Position numbers and translations under genes: made by a program
The notes under the pieces: generated by a model
What the model was told of the DNA's origin: nothing
Seen by the model: only the letters and a program-made list of their open reading frames with translations
Databases searched by the model: none
Source: Psammoneis japonica
Taxonomy: Eukaryota
Direction of reading: 5' to 3'
Length of the DNA stretch: 35,272 nucleotides
Assembly: GCA_008632985.1 (NCBI GenBank)
Contig: QPGO01000082.1
Coordinates: 310,001 to 345,272 of the forward strand
In this document: positions 29,952 to 35,272 of the stretch, in pieces
Layout of the letters: every line of letters begins with the position of its first letter
How positions within the stretch are numbered: the stretch's first letter is position 1

Positions 29952-31064
29952 AGAGCTACCGTACCGTAAGTAGGCCTCCATCGCCCATCGCTGCATATTG
30001 TGTTCCAATACACCCTGCTAATGCACGGAATGAATACATCGGCCGGGACCATAGAAATAAATTTCGTAGCTCGCATTATGAATCAGAGTAAGCGGTCTCG
30101 ATAAGTTGTTCTTCGATGTCGCTCGCTTTATGAATCAAAATAGCGGTCGCGATAAGGTATTCTTCGTGTCGAGGATTATCTGGCCTAGCTTTCTGGGGAA
30201 GGTAGTCGACGTGCTTGTTCGTTATCTGCCGCTGAACTTGGTGTTGAAAATTCCAGCAGGCTTCTCTCTCTCTTCGTCGGGAAGGCAAAAGCTCTACAAG
30301 TAGTTCATCTTGAGCGTCTGGTCCACCCGTCGAAATCGAGACCGATGAAAACGAGGACATCGAAAAGATGGAGTTATCCAGAACGGACTAGGCTGACCAA
30401 CCGCTTCCTCCAGACTCCAGATGATGAAAAGGAGGCTGGTGAAGAAGCTGAAGCCCCTCGCGTGCGCTATAGAAGTGCTGTGCACGTGGTCGGAAGTCTC
30501 AACATTGGAGTTACGGAGCTCCTTCTTGGTCAAAGATCCTACTGTGAAATGCAGCGCCTGCTCCTTTTAGAACGCCAGAAAAGTGTGAAATGCAGCAAGC
30601 AGCGCCCGGGGCTCGAGAATAATAATCGGCACCAAAGCCAATATTTTCGAAACAGCTGACGAGTTACCGTAAGTAGACGTCCATCGCTGCATACTGGTCA
30701 TGTTCCAATACACCCTGCTAAATACGCATGCACGGAATGAATATATCGGCTAGGACCATAGAAATAGTATTTCGTAATTTCGTAGCTCGCTCTATGAATC
30801 AAAATAAGCCGTGTCGATAAAGGTGTTCTCCGATGTCGCTCGCTTGAGGTATTCTCTGACGTCGCTCGCTTTATGGATCAAAATTAGCGGTCTCGATAAG
30901 GTGATCTCCGATGTCGAGGATTATCTGGCCCAGGTTTCTGTGGAAGGTAGTCGGCGTGCTTGTTCGTTCTCTGCCGATGAACTGGGTGTTGAAAATTCCA
31001 GCAGGATGTTCGTTCTCTTCGTCGAGAAGGCAAAAGCTCTACAGGCTCATCTTGAGTGTCCGGT
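29634..31064 (+). repeat. Diverged tandem duplication (unit 1 about 29634-30322, unit 2 about 30323-31064) of the 3' end of the Fuseless-like gene plus downstream sequence
   Basis: Both units begin CCACCCGTCGAA and share long blocks such as GTGCACGTGGTCGGAAGTCTCAAC, AAGCAGCGCCCGGGGCTCGAGAATAAT and GACCATAGAAATA. Both end ...CATCTTGAG(C/T)GTC(T/C)GGT. Confidence 0.92.
30323..30659 (+). pseudogene. Duplicated fragment encoding the C-terminal cytosolic tail of the Fuseless-like protein
   Basis: Translates to 'AVHVVGSLNIGVTELLLGQRSYCEMQR...RPGLENNNRHQSQYFRNS*', versus the parent 'AVHVVGSLNAGVTELRLGQRSYCEMQR...RPGLENNRHRSQYFRNR*'. The 5' part is disrupted and has no TM region. Confidence 0.75.
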
Positions 31065-31498
31065 GGCTCAGTATCGACCGCATTTGTTGTTGTCGGATGG
31101 CAATAGACGATTCCCATGGGCTTCTGTTCGTATGTGTGTCATGTAGTGCTGTCATTCAATGTCAAGCAAGGTTGTGCCAACGCAGTGACAAAGCGAAGTG
31201 TCAGTACATTACTGTATTCCCGAGTAATAAAATAAAAATGATGCAGAGATGAAAATGTTGAATGTTGTTATTGTTGACGTGGTCGCAGACACGAGGTGCA
31301 CGGACAGAATTCTACCGTACTGTATTGCTCACCCCTGGTCAGGGTTGGGTATTCATTGAGTACGAGCAACACTCGCGCTTTTCGTCGCTTCAACAGCGGG
31401 CTTCGCAGAAAAGACCCATGGCAGTGGCTTATTGAGAAACAGAGAACCACATTTTCGTTACAAGGTAGTTGTTGGAAGTATCAGAACAACAGAAAGCA

Positions 31499-34400
31499 AT
31501 GGACGACGACGATGATCTACCTGCTCTTAGTCGGAACCGATCAAAATTCATCGATGGCGTTTACGTCTCGGCTGAACGAGCCAAGTCAGTTGCCGAGAGA
31601 CGCGGTCTTTGCCACATCTGTTGTGAAGTGAAAACACACGAACGCAAACTCGTTGGCTTGCAATGGAGAAAGAATCCACTTACGATAAAGAACGACAACG
31701 ATGCAAATTATCATGTCTACAAAGGGTACCACATCGGCCCTCAGTGCTACTCGCTCGACGGTGCGAAACGTGCGCTTGGAGAACCCGTACATAACGGGAA
31801 GAAACCGCACAAGCGACACCATAAGCTCCCTTCATCGTCCAGGAGTGAAGCTTCTGCTCCTTCAAAATCGAGTGGTTTGGGAACCCTTCTCGATAAGGCA
31901 CCACGCTCGCGACGTGGCAGCAAATCCTTATCTGGAGACCCGCCAAGCCAGTCATCCAGAAAAAAACACTCAGATAAACGTAAAGGGAAGCACGATAGGA
32001 TCAAACCGAGAAGTTCAAACTCTGAAGATTTGTTTTTTGATGCCGGAAATTCGGGTAATTCTGAACGCTTTGACGCGACAATCTCGAGCAGATCATCAAA
32101 TTCTGGCACACAATCCGGCGACTACCTGTCGAGCGGCTACGGATCTGATGCACCACCACGAAAAAAGAATGAATCAAGGCTCGCCATTGAGGAACTCGAG
32201 CGATTTGTTCACGAGCAACGTTACAACGACTTTATGGAGACGCTTTCCTCAAACAAGAACCTTGCAGATGTTGTAAGAAGAGCGTTTGAATTGCTGAGAA
32301 ACAATGTGCATGTCGTACATGAGACAATGGGTTACGTCTTCGAATCATCATCTTCAGTGTGGATTAAATATTTCGTAGATGCGATGGAAACCAACCAAAA
32401 AGATCTTGCAGTCCAGCGAGAGGGTGTGCTTACATTATGGACCCTCTCCGCTATTTCCAAGAAGTATATGAAGTACGTTTGCAAAGGAGGCGGGCTCAAG
32501 GCAATTCTAAGCATTATGGGCAAGTACGAATCCGACCAAGAACTGACTGAATCGTGCTGTGGTGCTTTGGAATGCTTTTCCCGCAACCCAAAAGACGGAT
32601 TATCCACCTCTCACAAATATGGTAACAGAGCTCTTACACAAATTGTGGAGCATGTGAAACGTGAGAATACCGTAGGAGGAATTCGGACAATCGCGATCAG
32701 AACCTTGTACAACCTTGCGATGGAAGACGAAGGCGCTGCGGTGTCCGTGGGCAGCGAGCTTAGTGCAGAGCCCTTGTTGGGTGTCATAAAGCAGGCAAAA
32801 GACATGAATAGCGTCGAATGGTCGATTCGGCTGCTCTGGAGACTTCTCTCAGCAGAATGTATCTCAGTGCCTCGTTTTGACGTAATAGAGGCGGTGTTGG
32901 TTGTCTTCTCCGGTTTCGAGTCAAAGTCTTTCAAGGATGCTGCGTGTGGTATCATCTCCTGCGCAGCGAACGGACCCTCCGATGAACAACAATCTATTTC
33001 AATGCGACAGACACGAACTGTAGCTGAGTCTATTATGATTGTAGCCGCGTCGCATCCAAATATGAAGAACGTTCAGTTGATGTGTCTTGAAGTCATGTGC
33101 AGCTTGTGCCGTCAGCCCGACAAAGTAGGCGTCGTGGCAGATACGGATATCGTTGCTGTGGTTGTCGAAGCGATGGATTCTTACCAAGAAGACATAGTGC
33201 TACAAGGTGTTGCGTGCACGTTGCTTTTCTACCTTTGCGAAGACAAAGAAGCGAGAGCCGCTGTTGCTTCCGAAGAAGGGATTACTTCTATAGCTACCGC
33301 CATTAAGGAGCACGGATCGAGCATCTCGAGCTCGGCTGAGGGATCGGACTTACTAAAGGACGCAGCTTCAGCATTGTTAACTACGCTTGCGACATCATCT
33401 GAAACATCAGACCTACTGGTACGGTCTGGCATAATTTCAGATCTCGATTTTGCACTGAGAAACGAACAAGCTTCGAGCATGCCTTCAGCTGTCCGCGTAA
33501 TGGTACTCAACGCACTGTCCGCTGGAGAATGCGTGGAGGATGATACTCGCATGGTGGGACTTGTCACAGAAGCTCTTCAAAGCGCTGAGTCGGTGGAGGA
33601 GGCAGAATGTATACTCGCAAAAATCTGTTCCATGACAGGTTCGTCATCAGAGGCAGTTTTTTGTGTCCTTGGTGCGAACGGAGGAAAAGGAATGGATATT
33701 CTGCTGGGAACAATGCTAACGTATTTGCAGTCAGAAGCTGTCCAACGAAGTGGCTGTGGAACGCTCGCAAATATCTACATCAGTATTCCATTTGTTGGAA
33801 AACTAAATCAAAGAACGCAAGTATCTTTGAACTTTGAATCAATGGAGGTTGAATCTCACGCGGAGAGGGAAGTGAAAGCACTAGTGTCTGCCATGAAACA
33901 CCACAAAAGCAGCGCCGTAGTGCAGGAGTACGCCTGTACAGCTCTCTCCAATTTCATCGTTGGAGCGGAGCTGGGTGGCGTATCTCGCGATACCTGTACC
34001 CCAGACGACGTTGTTGCTGCTTTCGCTGGAATAAGCAAGAACGTCATTGACGTATTTTCGATTCATCAAACGTCTGCAGAAGTCCTTACGAGTGCTTGCC
34101 GCCTGCTCTGGGTGATTGCCTTCATGAACGATGAAACTGAAATGAAGCTTCGAGGCAGTCACGCCATTACAAAGGTCTGCGAGGCAATGTCCAAATTTGC
34201 AAGGGATGATGTGCTGAATTATGAAGGATGTGGAGTGCTCTCCACCATGCTCGCAAACGATGTCCACACTGAATTCATTGGAAGCGGTAATGCAGTGGTT
34301 GCCATCTTCGACTGCATTTGCTCAGAAGACGAACGCCTTGTCGAGATTGCAAGTGAATTGCTAGCATCCACCATCAAGACTGTCTTTACTGCAAGCAACG

Positions 34401-35272
34401 AGTACATGGAAATTGAGGATTCTGTAAACGAGGCTGTCCTATGTATGAATACACATTCTAAGTCGCCATCGATCCAGAAATCGATGTGTGAATTCATCAC
34501 GTCACTGGTTTCTCTCCAGGATAGTTACGTCAAAGGTCTAATTGGAAATTATGGCGGGCTGGTTGCTATCACGAATGCGATGACAAACCACGCCAAAGAC
34601 GAAATGGTGGTGGAATCTGGTTGCCGAGCACTTTCCAGCATCGTTAGTGGTTGCAAGCCTTCTATTATTGTTGAGCAAACGAGTGCTCTTGGCAGCATTC
34701 TCATGCACTCTATGAACGACCACCCTACAAACAACGTTGTCCAGGAAGCTGTTCTTGGTGCTCTTTGTGGACTTTGCGCTCGAGAACCGAGTTTCAACGA
34801 TTACATTGTAAGCTGCAATGGGCTTCCACAGATTATCGACACTCTTAATCAGCACTTTATGCTCGAGCCAGTCGTAGTGAATGGTTGCTCGCTCTTGTGG
34901 GTCATGGCGGCATACGGCGAGAACAAGAAACTAATCGGAAGGGCGGGGATTCGCGCCATTGTGAATGGCATGCAAGCCCACATTGCATCATCGTCGGTTC
35001 AAAAAGAGGCCTTGACGGCCTTGAAGAATTTGGCAACGCACAAAGAGAACAAAGTAGCTACCGTTGAAGTTGGAGGGGTTGCCGCAATTGTCCAATGCAT
35101 GTGGGTCCACATGAATTCTTCGCAAATATTTTGCGCCGCGTGCTCCGCTCTCAACAACATTGCTGTAGATGCCTCTACCAAGAAGGTATCAAACGTTGAG
35201 AACGGGGAGCTCACAGCGATCTGTTTTGGAATGAAGAGATTCGAGAATGACAAGGAGGTACAAATGTGTGCG
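31499..35272 (+). CDS. Large armadillo (ARM)-repeat protein with an N-terminal Cys/His motif; 3'-truncated by the window edge (at least 1258 aa)
   Basis: Frame from ATG 31499 (MDDDDDLPALSRNRSKF...) is the same frame still coding at the window end; it is absent from the ORF track, consistent with no stop. ARM-like repeats include 'VQREGVLTLWTL', 'GGLKAILSIM', 'VQEYACTALSNF', 'VQKEALTALKNL' and 'GGVAAIVQCM'. Confidence 0.85.
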   Translation, partial: MDDDDDLPALSRNRSKFIDGVYVSAERAKSVAERRGLCHICCEVKTHERKLVGLQWRKNPLTIKNDNDANYHVYKGYHIGPQCYSLDGAKRALGEPVHNGKKPHKRHHKLPSSSRSEASAPSKSSGLGTLLDKAPRSRRGSKSLSGDPPSQSSRKKHSDKRKGKHDRIKPRSSNSEDLFFDAGNSGNSERFDATISSRSSNSGTQSGDYLSSGYGSDAPPRKKNESRLAIEELERFVHEQRYNDFMETLSSNKNLADVVRRAFELLRNNVHVVHETMGYVFESSSSVWIKYFVDAMETNQKDLAVQREGVLTLWTLSAISKKYMKYVCKGGGLKAILSIMGKYESDQELTESCCGALECFSRNPKDGLSTSHKYGNRALTQIVEHVKRENTVGGIRTIAIRTLYNLAMEDEGAAVSVGSELSAEPLLGVIKQAKDMNSVEWSIRLLWRLLSAECISVPRFDVIEAVLVVFSGFESKSFKDAACGIISCAANGPSDEQQSISMRQTRTVAESIMIVAASHPNMKNVQLMCLEVMCSLCRQPDKVGVVADTDIVAVVVEAMDSYQEDIVLQGVACTLLFYLCEDKEARAAVASEEGITSIATAIKEHGSSISSSAEGSDLLKDAASALLTTLATSSETSDLLVRSGIISDLDFALRNEQASSMPSAVRVMVLNALSAGECVEDDTRMVGLVTEALQSAESVEEAECILAKICSMTGSSSEAVFCVLGANGGKGMDILLGTMLTYLQSEAVQRSGCGTLANIYISIPFVGKLNQRTQVSLNFESMEVESHAEREVKALVSAMKHHKSSAVVQEYACTALSNFIVGAELGGVSRDTCTPDDVVAAFAGISKNVIDVFSIHQTSAEVLTSACRLLWVIAFMNDETEMKLRGSHAITKVCEAMSKFARDDVLNYEGCGVLSTMLANDVHTEFIGSGNAVVAIFDCICSEDERLVEIASELLASTIKTVFTASNEYMEIEDSVNEAVLCMNTHSKSPSIQKSMCEFITSLVSLQDSYVKGLIGNYGGLVAITNAMTNHAKDEMVVESGCRALSSIVSGCKPSIIVEQTSALGSILMHSMNDHPTNNVVQEAVLGALCGLCAREPSFNDYIVSCNGLPQIIDTLNQHFMLEPVVVNGCSLLWVMAAYGENKKLIGRAGIRAIVNGMQAHIASSSVQKEALTALKNLATHKENKVATVEVGGVAAIVQCMWVHMNSSQIFCAACSALNNIAVDASTKKVSNVENGELTAICFGMKRFENDKEVQMCA

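Noticed and set aside
30066..30920. CRISPR-like array
   Set aside because: The repeats are degenerate and directly adjacent with no unique spacers, there are no cas genes, and the context is eukaryotic.
30811..31146. 111-aa ORF in the second duplication unit
   Set aside because: It has a non-ATG start and is built partly from the minisatellite. The corresponding frame is not preserved in unit 1, and no motif is recognisable.

Overview
This is a compact, gene-dense eukaryotic region, most likely from a diatom/stramenopile. The evidence is short GT-AG introns, several bipartite ASAF-like plastid-targeting presequences and a clear StLDP lipid-droplet protein homologue. About 16 protein-coding genes can be supported: an ornithine cyclodeaminase/mu-crystallin, a Zn-less MsrB, a PLAC8 protein, RPF2, DIS3L2, an NPF-ArfGAP-DENN-IQ trafficking protein, plastid SSB, a PPR protein, a lumen DUF6816-like protein, a SET-domain methyltransferase, a HicA-domain fusion protein, an MBOAT wax-synthase-type acyltransferase, StLDP, Mo25, a Fuseless-like membrane protein with a tandem duplication of its 3' end, and an ARM-repeat protein of more than 1250 aa running off the window. 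Many genes carry single-base frameshifts at homopolymers, probably long-read consensus errors. The most striking item is an apparently intronless ~950-aa eukaryotic protein (19564-22418, minus strand). It has an intact N-terminal bacterial-type HicA mRNA-interferase toxin domain fused to a large uncharacterised helical region, and no HicB antitoxin is nearby. It is a candidate eukaryotic defence or cell-death effector. All family calls come from motif recognition, not database searches.
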